From a virus (lineage: Duplodnaviria; Heunggongvirae; Uroviricota; Caudoviricetes), in IMG/VR virus record IMGVR_UViG_3300025649_000002, positions 1 to 64,000 of that record: a stretch of 64,000 nucleotides of DNA, one strand, 5' to 3'. The position numbers were made by a program, and so were the translations under genes. Under the pieces are notes generated by a model, which worked only from the letters and a program-made list of their open reading frames with translations, was not told the DNA's origin and searched no databases. Shown in pieces: positions 28,689 to 38,270 of the stretch; the stretch's first letter is position 1; each line of letters starts with the position of its first letter.

Positions 28689-29315
28689 ATGTCACATACA
28701 ACATACTTTGAAGTTTCTGATATTTTGACAGAATCAGCACAACTTCCTATAAATCCAGACCCTAGAATACAGTCACAAATGCGAGAATTTTTAATGACTG
28801 CAAACTATAGTCTTAAAAAAGGAAATCTGCCCTCCTTAGATAAAATGCCATCATCTTTAAAAATGATTATGGAAAAATTTCCACCAGAAAGAATCTTATC
28901 ATTTGCGAAAAACGATAGACGAGAATTGGATAAGATTGCAAAGGCCGCTGGAAAAATAACAAATAATCGTTCCTTTCAATATGCAATCGCAGCAGGTGCA
29001 ATATTAAAATCTCGAATTAATAAGGAGGATGTAAAAAAGTCCTTAAAAGATATTATTGATTTAATTAAAAAACATAAATCAAAAATCATTGAGGTTGCAA
29101 TTGCTGGTGTCCTTATAGGAATATTATGGTGGTGGATTTCATCTGTTGCATGGATTCCAACATTTTTATTTGGTCTTATATTATTTACTTTAGTATGTTG
29201 GGGTATTAAAACTGCTACTCCTCCTGGTAGTGAAAATGATGATGAATTAAGTTCTGGTAGTTCATCAAGAGGTACTTCTTCAAAAGGTAAGGGTGGGAGT
29301 GATAGTATACTATAA
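28689..29315 (+). CDS. membrane protein with Ser/Gly-rich C-terminal tail
   Basis: C-terminal TM helices. Confidence 0.45.
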   Translation: MSHTTYFEVSDILTESAQLPINPDPRIQSQMREFLMTANYSLKKGNLPSLDKMPSSLKMIMEKFPPERILSFAKNDRRELDKIAKAAGKITNNRSFQYAIAAGAILKSRINKEDVKKSLKDIIDLIKKHKSKIIEVAIAGVLIGILWWWISSVAWIPTFLFGLILFTLVCWGIKTATPPGSENDDELSSGSSSRGTSSKGKGGSDSIL

Positions 29316-29896
29316 TGAAAAATTATCAAGAAGACTGGTTAGACCATGTTAAGTTCAAACATATTTCATACGATGAGTTTCCATTAGCAAAAGAGAAACG
29401 ATACTATTTTTTAGAAAAAGTTTCGGGTCGAGAGTCATCTGTTGTATATAAAAGAAATAAACATTGTTATATGATTGATAGAAATAATGATGTATATGAG
29501 GATTTATATTTATTAGATATGTACAAGAAAGTATTAGATTCTAAAAAATCAATTGATTCTATAATCATTCCTGGTGAAATGATTGCAATTCATCGTGGTA
29601 GAATATTACCAATTAATCAATTAGAAAATTTATTAAAACGATTTTCGACAAGTCGTGATTTGAATAAATTAATCAATCATTATCCATATGATATACTTGC
29701 ATTAAATAATAGACATATAGATTTTTCTACCGTTGTTAATTATCTTACAATGTTTTATATGAAACCACTCATAAAGGTTCCTAAATTTTTCAAAGGTGAT
29801 TTGGAATTAGCATGGAAAAATTTTGTGAAAAAAAGAGGTATTGAAGGATTAATGGCCAGAAAAGAAGGTGGTCCCAATTATTTAATTTTGAAATAG
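29315..29896 (+). CDS. hypothetical protein
   Basis: ORF track, coupled (ATGA). Confidence 0.4.
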   Translation: MKNYQEDWLDHVKFKHISYDEFPLAKEKRYYFLEKVSGRESSVVYKRNKHCYMIDRNNDVYEDLYLLDMYKKVLDSKKSIDSIIIPGEMIAIHRGRILPINQLENLLKRFSTSRDLNKLINHYPYDILALNNRHIDFSTVVNYLTMFYMKPLIKVPKFFKGDLELAWKNFVKKRGIEGLMARKEGGPNYLILK

Positions 29897-29902
29897 GATA
29901 TT

Positions 29903-30754
29903 ATGAAACTAATAGAATCGCTTGGTCCTCATAAATTATTTTATTCATCACCCGGAAATACTGAAGGGTTGACTGATGTAAAACAAACTCTAATTCAACA
30001 CGATGGTACAGTTCTTCTCGATAGTATTCCTATGACAGAATTGGGAGATGGAGTGTATGAATATACTTATAATTTTACTTCTATTGGATGGTATGTGTCT
30101 CACGGGATTAGTGACTCCTTGGGTGGGTCAGATTTGGAGTCGTTACGGGTTGGTGATCCTAGTAACGATTACGTTTATGCGGGTGGCCCAAATGACACCA
30201 CAGTTTCTTACGAAGTTAATACCTTGGATGACACTAATGTAATGACAGGTTGGATGAATGAAATTGGCACCACAAAAATATTCTGGGTCGATGTTACATC
30301 CTTACCTGATGATAAATATTTTTTCAAAATGAATGGAAGAGATACTGCTCGTTTTAATTATCCATTTATACTTCCAACAATTACACCAAAAGGAGTTAAA
30401 TTAGTCCTTGAAAAAGGATATAATTTGTCTGCCTTCTCGGGGACAGGGAAATACAATTTCGATTCAACGGCCGGTGTTTGGGTCAGTCTTTCTAATGATA
30501 TTGAGAATGCGAAAGCATCTGATTTATATGAATATATTAAATATCACTATCCTGCGGTTATTGTACACTATATTAAATCATACTATGAACATCCTACAAA
30601 ACGATTTAAGATTTATGTGCCTGAAATTACACCGAATGATAATGAAAATAATTTTCCTCTGGTTCAAGTCAATCAAGAATCACATCCAGAGAAGAATGCA
30701 TTCTATACTATGTTGACAATGGTGGGAGATGAGATTACAATTGATTGTCGTTAG
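29903..30754 (+). CDS. hypothetical protein
   Basis: ORF track. Confidence 0.45.
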   Translation: MKLIESLGPHKLFYSSPGNTEGLTDVKQTLIQHDGTVLLDSIPMTELGDGVYEYTYNFTSIGWYVSHGISDSLGGSDLESLRVGDPSNDYVYAGGPNDTTVSYEVNTLDDTNVMTGWMNEIGTTKIFWVDVTSLPDDKYFFKMNGRDTARFNYPFILPTITPKGVKLVLEKGYNLSAFSGTGKYNFDSTAGVWVSLSNDIENAKASDLYEYIKYHYPAVIVHYIKSYYEHPTKRFKIYVPEITPNDNENNFPLVQVNQESHPEKNAFYTMLTMVGDEITIDCR

Positions 30755-30761
30755 AAAAAAA

Positions 30762-30798
30762 TAGAGGGGATACGAACTTTCTGCAATTGTCCCCTCTA
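30762..30798 (+). terminator. intrinsic terminator-like hairpin
   Basis: 9-bp stem TAGAGGGGA/TCCCCTCTA. Confidence 0.45.
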
Positions 30799-30947
30799 AG
30801 CAATTGTTGGAATTTTACAAGAGAAGAAGAATTAAATTTCAAAAATGTAGTCGACCATTCTCCTTCTCTTACGCCTGATTATTCACAAGTTTGTCTAGTG
30901 TTAATAATAACAGACGTGTAATGAAAAAAACAGGTCGACTACGAAAT

Positions 30948-31454
30948 TTATTTACATTTTTGATTCCATCTATTTTTTTGAAGCGGTTTTTTAATTTTAA
31001 ATATTTTTGCTATTTTTGATAATGAATGATATTCAACTGGTGTATATTTTGATGCTTCTTTTAATATTAAATTTCGAGTTTCTCGAAGATGACGAATCCA
31101 TGTGCAGATTGATTTAAACTCAGTGGAATTAGTTTTATTGTATTCAGACAATTTTTCTAACCATGCCTCATATTGTTCAGGGTGTGAGGAAAAGTACACT
31201 ATATCATCAGCATGAATCTTTTCGTAATCAGGAGGATTTATTTTACCCATAACTTCAATTTTTGCATTATCAATCAACACTTTAAATTCTGGGTTTGTAC
31301 TATAAATCAAACAATCTTCTAATTGCTTTCCATAACGTATAAGAGGATGTGTGCAATTAGGACAATCAAAATCGAGCTGGTCATAAATTTCAATGTTTTC
31401 TGAACAACCACAACATTTACATATAAAAATTCGTGTAGTTTTGAATATTTTCAT
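30948..31454 (-). CDS. N-terminal zinc-ribbon hypothetical protein
   Basis: CKCCGCS...CPNC; GGAGGG RBS. Confidence 0.45.
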   Translation of the reverse strand: MKIFKTTRIFICKCCGCSENIEIYDQLDFDCPNCTHPLIRYGKQLEDCLIYSTNPEFKVLIDNAKIEVMGKINPPDYEKIHADDIVYFSSHPEQYEAWLEKLSEYNKTNSTEFKSICTWIRHLRETRNLILKEASKYTPVEYHSLSKIAKIFKIKKPLQKNRWNQKCK

Positions 31455-31474
31455 TTACCCTCCTTTTAAAAAAT

Positions 31475-31511
31475 AACATGGGTGGTTCCCCCCATCACCA
31501 CCACCCATGTT
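31475..31511 (-). terminator. hairpin between SPFH gene and downstream gene
   Basis: 11-bp stem AACATGGGTGG/CCACCCATGTT. Confidence 0.45.
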
Positions 31512-31526
31512 ATATAAACTTAAAAA

Positions 31527-32438
31527 TTACTTTCTTGAACCACGAAGGGACTGTCGATTCATTGTTGTCTGTAATGTATCTGCATTAATAGCATTGTAAG
31601 GCAGAACAATTAATTCATTGTTAGGACCTGCTGCCATCTTTTCAAGAACTTCCCACTGCCGCATTGCGAGAATTTCTGCAGTAATAGATTTTGCAAGGAT
31701 TTGATTTCCAGCGGCTTCGGCCTTCTTAGATTCAATAAGGGCTTTACCTTGGGCTCTTGCAATATCTTCCTGACGAATTGCTTGGGCAATTGTTGCTTTT
31801 GCTTCAGCAGCTTTTTTCTGATCATCCAACTGTGCTTTCTTGATTGCCTGACGTTGTGCAGTGATTACAGGATCATAATCAAGATTTGATACGAGAACAT
31901 CTGTTGTTTGAATCGGATATCCTAATGCTTTATATCGTTCAATAACAAGTTTTCTGATATCTGCTTCAATTACTTTACGATCATCCGCAATTGTATCTGT
32001 AGTATATGGACTTACAACATTTCTTGTATTGGAACGCAAAATGTCTTTCATGGCAGTTTTATAGAATCCGCCAAGATCTAACATGAAGCCGTCTATATCA
32101 CCATTCTTTACTGCTTTAGAAGGAACCTTGGCCTTAATCATTTCAATATCTTGTTTTGTAGTCTTGAATGATCCGACCCATTTAACATCAACTTTCATGT
32201 TGACTTTGTCTTTACAAAGGATCTGCAGTGACTCTGTGAATGATTTCAATTTTGAATCTACAAAATAAACCCGGTCTTTTCCCCATGCAGTATAAACGCC
32301 TTTGGTATGTATTTCATTGGCACCAGATGTTTTGGCAACAATAACAACTGTTCCCGGAGGTACTACATTACGAGAACATGCAGATGTAAGAAATAATAAT
32401 GCTACAATTGTGATTAATAATGATATTTTTCTGTTCAT
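31527..32438 (-). CDS. SPFH/band-7 (HflC/prohibitin-like) lipoprotein
   Basis: Lipobox LLFLTSAC; SPFH body; Ala/Gln/Lys-rich coiled-coil C-terminus. Confidence 0.6.
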   Translation of the reverse strand: MNRKISLLITIVALLFLTSACSRNVVPPGTVVIVAKTSGANEIHTKGVYTAWGKDRVYFVDSKLKSFTESLQILCKDKVNMKVDVKWVGSFKTTKQDIEMIKAKVPSKAVKNGDIDGFMLDLGGFYKTAMKDILRSNTRNVVSPYTTDTIADDRKVIEADIRKLVIERYKALGYPIQTTDVLVSNLDYDPVITAQRQAIKKAQLDDQKKAAEAKATIAQAIRQEDIARAQGKALIESKKAEAAGNQILAKSITAEILAMRQWEVLEKMAAGPNNELIVLPYNAINADTLQTTMNRQSLRGSRK

Positions 32439-32440
32439 AA

Positions 32441-32923
32441 TTATTCAACCCCTTCAAGTGAATTTTTAAGAAATGCTTCGTAATCGTCTTTACTCTCATC
32501 TTGTTCAATCTTAACTTCTTCTGCCCGTTTTATTTCGGGTGCTTTCAAAGCCTCTTTGTTTCTTTTTACAATCGCTTCAGGTTTTTGAAAAACTTGTGTC
32601 CTCACCTGATCTTCAACTGTGGTAGGCATTTCAGTTGGTGTACTATTCCATGATCCTATGTTCAGGAATAAATAAAGACATATACCAACTATCCATACAC
32701 CTACATTAATAATCTTTCCCATCTGCCATAATTTATCGATTTCTTTTCGATTCTTTTTGGTGACCTTCTCCATCTTTGTCAATTTACCGATTACACTCTT
32801 AGCCACTATAAAAATAATAATGTTAAGAATTATACCGGCTGGTACTACAATCATTGCATCAAAAAAATTACTCACATCTTTTCTCCCCTTTCTCAAATGG
32901 TTTATAAAATAAATACAAAACAA
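32441..32923 (-). CDS. two-TM membrane protein, putative SPFH partner
   Basis: Translationally coupled immediately upstream of SPFH gene. Confidence 0.45.
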   Translation of the reverse strand: MFCIYFINHLRKGRKDVSNFFDAMIVVPAGIILNIIIFIVAKSVIGKLTKMEKVTKKNRKEIDKLWQMGKIINVGVWIVGICLYLFLNIGSWNSTPTEMPTTVEDQVRTQVFQKPEAIVKRNKEALKAPEIKRAEEVKIEQDESKDDYEAFLKNSLEGVE

Positions 32924-32976
32924 AATCTAATAAAACTTCATTCAAGAATTAATATATATAACCACCAATGGTTATA

Positions 32977-32993
32977 TAGAACAAATATAAAAC
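32977..32993 (+). promoter_or_regulatory. TAGAACAAATATAAAAC promoter-like motif
   Basis: Upstream of 33011. Confidence 0.45.
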
Positions 32994-33010
32994 AACTTAC
33001 GGAGACTATT

Positions 33011-33655
33011 ATGAAAAAATATTTATTTGTTATATTGTTATTAATCGTTGTTTTGGCAGGAACTTCCATTGCGACCAATCAAAATTTTTCAATTCAATCA
33101 TCAAATATTTATCTTGATAATGATGGAACAGGTGGTGATGGTTTATTAGAAAACCCATATGGTCCGCTCTCAGAAATTAATTGGACAACTATTACTAATT
33201 ATATTAATAAAGGTCTCGCTGTTAATATTTATTTAAAGCGTGATGCTGAGTGGACTGAAGAATTCAATGTTAGTGCGGTTGGTCCAGCAGGCAAACCAAT
33301 AACAATGAAATCGTATGGAATTGGTACAGAATCAGTAATTAATGCATCAATGGTTGTCATAGTTAATCCTTCCGTACAATCAAGTGAACAAACTTTAGAA
33401 ACTAAAAACTTTTATCTTGATAATATTGGAACAAGTGGAGATGGATTAACAGCAGATACACCTTCTTCTGATATACCATGGACAGAAATTGCTGAATTAG
33501 TTAATATTGGTCATCCTGTTAATATTAATATAAATTGTGGAACTGTGTGGGATGAATTAAAAATCGGTGTGATTGGTGATAAACCAATAACAATAAAATC
33601 ATATGGAACCGGTGAAGAACCAATAATTAACGGAATGTCGTTTGAATTAATTTAA
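33011..33655 (+). CDS. secreted protein with internal ~100-aa duplication
   Basis: Signal peptide MKKYLFVILLLIVVLAGTSIA; repeats YLDNDGTGGDGL.../YLDNIGTSGDGL...; ATG 33011 with GGAG RBS. Confidence 0.5.
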   Translation: MKKYLFVILLLIVVLAGTSIATNQNFSIQSSNIYLDNDGTGGDGLLENPYGPLSEINWTTITNYINKGLAVNIYLKRDAEWTEEFNVSAVGPAGKPITMKSYGIGTESVINASMVVIVNPSVQSSEQTLETKNFYLDNIGTSGDGLTADTPSSDIPWTEIAELVNIGHPVNININCGTVWDELKIGVIGDKPITIKSYGTGEEPIINGMSFELI

Positions 33656-33676
33656 ATAAACTAAAAGGGTCTTATA

Positions 33677-35164
33677 ATGGCATATTCAATAAGTGGATTT
33701 GTTTCCGAGCAAAACGGAGATCTTGTCCCTAATTGCTATTATCAATTTCTTTTTATAAAAAAAGATTTAGATTCAGATGATACTATATGGAGTAATGTAT
33801 ACCAGACTGATTCACATGGTTATTATTCTCACGATTTATCAGATGGGGATTTACTTGATACAGATGGTAATTTTGATAATGGCGATGAAGTTCTTATCGC
33901 TTATTGGTTGGGAGATAGTACAAGATCCACATCGGTTACACATTACACGGATTGGATTCATGTAATAGATGATAGAGGTAAAGATGTACATGTTCAGAAT
34001 CTGATATTGTTTCCTGAAGGTCCTCCAATTGCACATTTTTATGATCTTCCTGTAGATGGTACTGCGGGTGTTACATATGACATTATAAATGATTCAACTG
34101 CTGTTATTACATTTGAAGAGATAGGTCAGAAGTTTTATCAACATTGTACATATCTCACAATACCTATATTTGAAACAACATGCATTATACAATCTGAATG
34201 GGATTATAGCGACGGAACATCTGAAATATTAATTGGAATTCACGACGGTTCACATGCATGGTTCGATCCAGGTACCTATGACATAACGCTTACTGTAACT
34301 AACGGAGCAGGATTAACTGATAGTTATTCAGAACAAATAAATATAAGACACTCGGTCATTGTTGATTTCATATATGATCCTTCAATAGGTGTTTTAGGGG
34401 AACCTATAACATTTACGAATACAACATTTGATCCAGGAAATCGTGTTGGAACTCATACAAACGGAAAAGAATATTGCTGGGAGTTTTATGATGGCGATAT
34501 CATGGCGGCCGCTAGTAATATTTATTGTGATGATTATACATTCCAACCTGAATATATATTTACAAATCAACCAGATCGTTGTGTAATTTTACGTGCGTAT
34601 TGGAATGATGGTCTTATAGATAGAATTTCAAGTAAGACTATATGTTTACCATTTTTTCCACATGCAAAATTTGAAAAAATTGATACAGGATGTTCACCTA
34701 TATATCGTGATTCATCTGATCCTGGTTCTCCACCTGTTACATATTATTGGTGGGTAATTGAAGAACAAACTCCATCTGGTTGGAGACAATTATTTACATT
34801 AGAAGGTTCTGATCGTGTACAAATAAAATATCACTTTCCTAATATCGGAACCTTTAAAATATGGCACAAAATTCGAGACTCTGGCGGTCTTGAAGATGAA
34901 TATGAACAAATATATCTTGTTGAGGATTGTCCCTGTAAGGTTGGTGTAAGTGAAGGTTCTCTTGGAGGACATTATTTATCATCAGGACCTGGTGGTGCAG
35001 AACGTCCACAACTTATTGTTAGACTAAAGAGTATTAAAGAAAAAAGAAAGAAATTGAAGATGATGTTGACTTTTGTTAAGGTTGAAGAAAAAAAGAAAAA
35101 GAAAACCTCAACAAAAAAGAAATCAACAAAGAAAACTTCTAAAACATCGAGGAGAAAAAAATGA
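33677..35164 (+). CDS. large hypothetical protein with Lys-rich C-terminal tail
   Basis: C-terminal about 60 residues highly basic (KKKKKTSTKKKSTKKTSK). Confidence 0.5.
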   Translation: MAYSISGFVSEQNGDLVPNCYYQFLFIKKDLDSDDTIWSNVYQTDSHGYYSHDLSDGDLLDTDGNFDNGDEVLIAYWLGDSTRSTSVTHYTDWIHVIDDRGKDVHVQNLILFPEGPPIAHFYDLPVDGTAGVTYDIINDSTAVITFEEIGQKFYQHCTYLTIPIFETTCIIQSEWDYSDGTSEILIGIHDGSHAWFDPGTYDITLTVTNGAGLTDSYSEQINIRHSVIVDFIYDPSIGVLGEPITFTNTTFDPGNRVGTHTNGKEYCWEFYDGDIMAAASNIYCDDYTFQPEYIFTNQPDRCVILRAYWNDGLIDRISSKTICLPFFPHAKFEKIDTGCSPIYRDSSDPGSPPVTYYWWVIEEQTPSGWRQLFTLEGSDRVQIKYHFPNIGTFKIWHKIRDSGGLEDEYEQIYLVEDCPCKVGVSEGSLGGHYLSSGPGGAERPQLIVRLKSIKEKRKKLKMMLTFVKVEEKKKKKTSTKKKSTKKTSKTSRRKK

Positions 35165-35631
35165 TAGATATTAAATCATCAGCAGAAGAACGTTTGACAT
35201 TTGCGATGGATTTAAAATCTGCAAGTGAGAAGGACGTAGAGGTTAAATTCAGATTAATGCATGAAGATGTTGAATATGGTTTTACAGGTTCTATAAAAGG
35301 GGGAGAAATTGTTGTTAATCTTCCTGCATTAGATACTGTTATTCCATCTTTAAAAGATAAAGATGTATTAAATGCAAGACTTGAAGCAGTCGCCAATGGT
35401 GATATGTATTTGAAAGCATGGTCAGACACAATTCAAATAGAACGTCCTGTTCAATTGAGGGCGGCGGTTAAAGAGTCTGCGACGATTGTAGATGAAAAAC
35501 CTGCACTTCAGGTATCATCAGTCAAGAAAACTGTTATACGAGAATCAAAAACAAAACCCAGAGATACCATCGCCGTGAATGAGAATGATGTATTGGAACA
35601 AATTAATAAACTTACTGACTCTTTAGGATAA
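35161..35631 (+). CDS. hypothetical protein
   Basis: ORF track, coupled. Confidence 0.4.
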   Translation: MIDIKSSAEERLTFAMDLKSASEKDVEVKFRLMHEDVEYGFTGSIKGGEIVVNLPALDTVIPSLKDKDVLNARLEAVANGDMYLKAWSDTIQIERPVQLRAAVKESATIVDEKPALQVSSVKKTVIRESKTKPRDTIAVNENDVLEQINKLTDSLG

Positions 35632-35643
35632 AGGAAATAGGTT

Positions 35644-36321
35644 ATGGCAAGTAGAAATTTAAAATATTTATATGAACCTTTTCAAAAAATAATAGAAAAG
35701 GCATTAAAAATTGCAGATGAACAAAACTTGCCAATAACGATCACATGTACAAAACGATCACAGATGGAGCAAGAAGCACTTTACGCACAAGGTAGGGAAG
35801 AACTTATAGTTGTAAATGCAAAACGTAAAAAAGTAAAATTGGGCGACATTACTCTCAAACAAAATCAGAGAAAAGTCACTTGGACTTTGAATACATATCA
35901 CTCAACAGAACCCAAATCGATGGCCATAGATTATGCAATTGGTAAATCGACAACAGTAACTTGGGATACAAAAGCAGATCTAAATAACAATAAAATCACT
36001 GATTATAAAGAATTTGGAGAAATTTGTAAAAGTGTCGACCCGGATAATATTCAATGGGGCGGTGATTGGAAAAAAAAGGATTGGTGTCATGTTCAGTGGA
36101 AAAATGGTCGAGAAATAGATCAAACTATCATTGAAGATGTTATACCACCGAAACCGGTAGTAACTTCTCCGGAACCTCGTAAAGAGAAAACTGAGGAGAA
36201 ACCACCGTTAAGTCCTCCGGTAGAAACTGGAGGCATAACCACCGTTGCCCCAACCCCATATAGTCGGGTTGTCAATAATATACTACGGTTATTTTTTAGT
36301 TTATTCAAACCAAAAAAATAA
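35644..36321 (+). CDS. endolysin, M15-family zinc peptidase with Pro-rich C-terminal extension
   Basis: Motifs QMEQEALYAQGR, YHSTEPKSMAIDYAIG, WGGDWKKKDWCHVQW match M15 H..D..H zinc ligands (T5 endolysin-like). Confidence 0.6.
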   Translation: MASRNLKYLYEPFQKIIEKALKIADEQNLPITITCTKRSQMEQEALYAQGREELIVVNAKRKKVKLGDITLKQNQRKVTWTLNTYHSTEPKSMAIDYAIGKSTTVTWDTKADLNNNKITDYKEFGEICKSVDPDNIQWGGDWKKKDWCHVQWKNGREIDQTIIEDVIPPKPVVTSPEPRKEKTEEKPPLSPPVETGGITTVAPTPYSRVVNNILRLFFSLFKPKK

Positions 36322-36365
36322 CCCACCTCCACTTCCCTTCGCCTGTGCGTGCGGATTTTATAAAA

Positions 36366-36410
36366 AGGACCAGATGAAAACCTATATGGAAATCATCTGG
36401 TCCTTTATTT
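36366..36410 (+). terminator. intrinsic terminator
   Basis: 12-bp stem AGGACCAGATGA/TCATCTGGTCCT then TTATTT. Confidence 0.55.
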
Positions 36411-36419
36411 ACTCCTAAA

Positions 36420-36593
36420 TTATTCTACACAGTCAAGAAGTTGGAAAATATAATAAAAGGTTGTGCATGAAAATAGTAATGCAAAACCCCATCCAATACT
36501 AGCATCCCAACTTTTCAATTTAAGATACCCGCATGTCTTTCCTGCAAAATAACTTCCTGCTATTATGAAAGATAAGAATATTAATAATTTCAT
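36420..36593 (-). CDS. small membrane protein (57 aa), not in ORF track
   Basis: MKLLIFLSFIIAGSYFAGKTCGYLKLKSWDASIGWGFALLFSCTTFYYIFQLLDCVE; two hydrophobic segments. Confidence 0.25.
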   Translation of the reverse strand: MKLLIFLSFIIAGSYFAGKTCGYLKLKSWDASIGWGFALLFSCTTFYYIFQLLDCVE

Positions 36594-36638
36594 ACTAATC
36601 CTTTCATTTCACATGTTTAACCACTTCATTTACATCAT

Positions 36639-36980
36639 CTAATCGTGTATAGATTCCTTTATTTTATATGCAAGATTTTGCACACATTCTGGTGCATCAT
36701 CTGGTATTATCAATATAATTTTATCATTTTTCAATTTATCAAATTTCAATTTTCCTTTAAATCCTGGAATACCGAATGCCCAATGTCCCAATATTTTAAT
36801 TTTCAATTCTTTTCCAATTGATGAATAATCATCCAATAAAATCTTTGTTCCATATAGTCGGGAGTTTTTTAATTTTTCCCTTGCAATCCTCTTCACAACC
36901 GAAACAACTCCACGTGAGTCTATCTCTAATATGTTTACCGAATAAGTCGGGTTTGTCGGAAGTACAGGTTTGCCATTCAT
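36639..36980 (-). CDS. hypothetical protein
   Basis: Coupled downstream of AAA+ gene. Confidence 0.4.
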   Translation of the reverse strand: MNGKPVLPTNPTYSVNILEIDSRGVVSVVKRIAREKLKNSRLYGTKILLDDYSSIGKELKIKILGHWAFGIPGFKGKLKFDKLKNDKIILIIPDDAPECVQNLAYKIKESIHD

Positions 36981-36983
36981 AAT

Positions 36984-38252
36984 TTAAATCACTTTCGCAA
37001 GTTCTTTAAGGACAGGATTTCCTTTTAAAACTTTACGGGTAAAATCAACAGATCCCTTTTCCTTCTCTTCATAAATTAAAAGTTTAAGACCAAGGGGAAC
37101 AATAGGTCTAGCAACATTCGTCATTTTCTCAATAACATGACGATAACCATCCAAAATATCTTTATCTTCTTTTGTGACCTTGAAATTCTTTGGTCGCATT
37201 TTCTTAATCAATTCATTGGTTACGGCAGTAATACATGAATATGCCTTAACCTTATTTTTCACGAAATCATTCCAATCGACTTTTGTTCGACCGAGAAGAA
37301 TACCTTCCGCATCCCACTGCATTAACAGTGTACGATATTCAATGAACTTGGTAGCGTAATCATCGCCAACATGTCCTTTAAGTATTTGAAATATTGAACC
37401 ATTCTCCAACCTGTTATTACCAGCGGAATGTTCATACTCATCAAGAGTATATGCTGCATTCGTCCATGATCTTGGAGACGCCCACGCACGAGATTCCATA
37501 GGTGTTGATTGAAGATAATTTGGATAATACTGAATGAATGAGATAATATCCTGACGCAAACCTTTCTTTATTGCAAAGTTCTTTGTCCATGCATCAGCAT
37601 TACTTTCAACATCCAAAAAGAATATTCTGTTCGCAACAGGTGCTAGGATTTGTTGAAACCCTGCTTTATCATCTGAACGATTACCTGCCATTATAATTGA
37701 TACATTATCAGGCAATTTATGATTATGAATTGACCGATATGTTAGAAGTTGAAATAAATATCCCTGAATAGTTTTGTTGCATAGATGTGCATCATCCAAC
37801 AGAAGAATCATTGGAGACTTATCAGGATCTTTAGGTTTGACACGAAGATTTTTAAATGAAAATAATTCAGGTAAAGACCATTTCGTGTACAATGAATCAC
37901 GTGGTGCTTTGACTTCGGGAATATCAATCGTTTTTCCAAATAATGAGATATTACCAAGTTTCTTCACCAATTCAGACAACCATGTCAATGCAGGACTGAA
38001 TCCTCCAACTTTTGGAAGACCTGTAATCTGCTCCAATAACATCGTTGCTACATATGCAACATTCAAACCCCATCCACGCTCAGTACAAATCTGTTCGAAT
38101 ACATCAGACTTGCCAATACCTGGAGGACCTGATATCCACAGGATTGAATGACCGAAATTCTTTTCTATCGCACGATCTCTCATCGCAACATGATTTTCAA
38201 TGAATCTCTTTGCATCATTAAGTTCAATTTTCAATTCCATATTTACTGCCAT
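36984..38252 (-). CDS. AAA+ ATPase, MoxR/CobS-like
   Basis: Walker A GPPGIGKS; Walker B MILLLDDAH. Confidence 0.6.
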   Translation of the reverse strand: MAVNMELKIELNDAKRFIENHVAMRDRAIEKNFGHSILWISGPPGIGKSDVFEQICTERGWGLNVAYVATMLLEQITGLPKVGGFSPALTWLSELVKKLGNISLFGKTIDIPEVKAPRDSLYTKWSLPELFSFKNLRVKPKDPDKSPMILLLDDAHLCNKTIQGYLFQLLTYRSIHNHKLPDNVSIIMAGNRSDDKAGFQQILAPVANRIFFLDVESNADAWTKNFAIKKGLRQDIISFIQYYPNYLQSTPMESRAWASPRSWTNAAYTLDEYEHSAGNNRLENGSIFQILKGHVGDDYATKFIEYRTLLMQWDAEGILLGRTKVDWNDFVKNKVKAYSCITAVTNELIKKMRPKNFKVTKEDKDILDGYRHVIEKMTNVARPIVPLGLKLLIYEEKEKGSVDFTRKVLKGNPVLKELAKVI

Positions 38253-38270
38253 TGGGGTATCTCCTTCACT

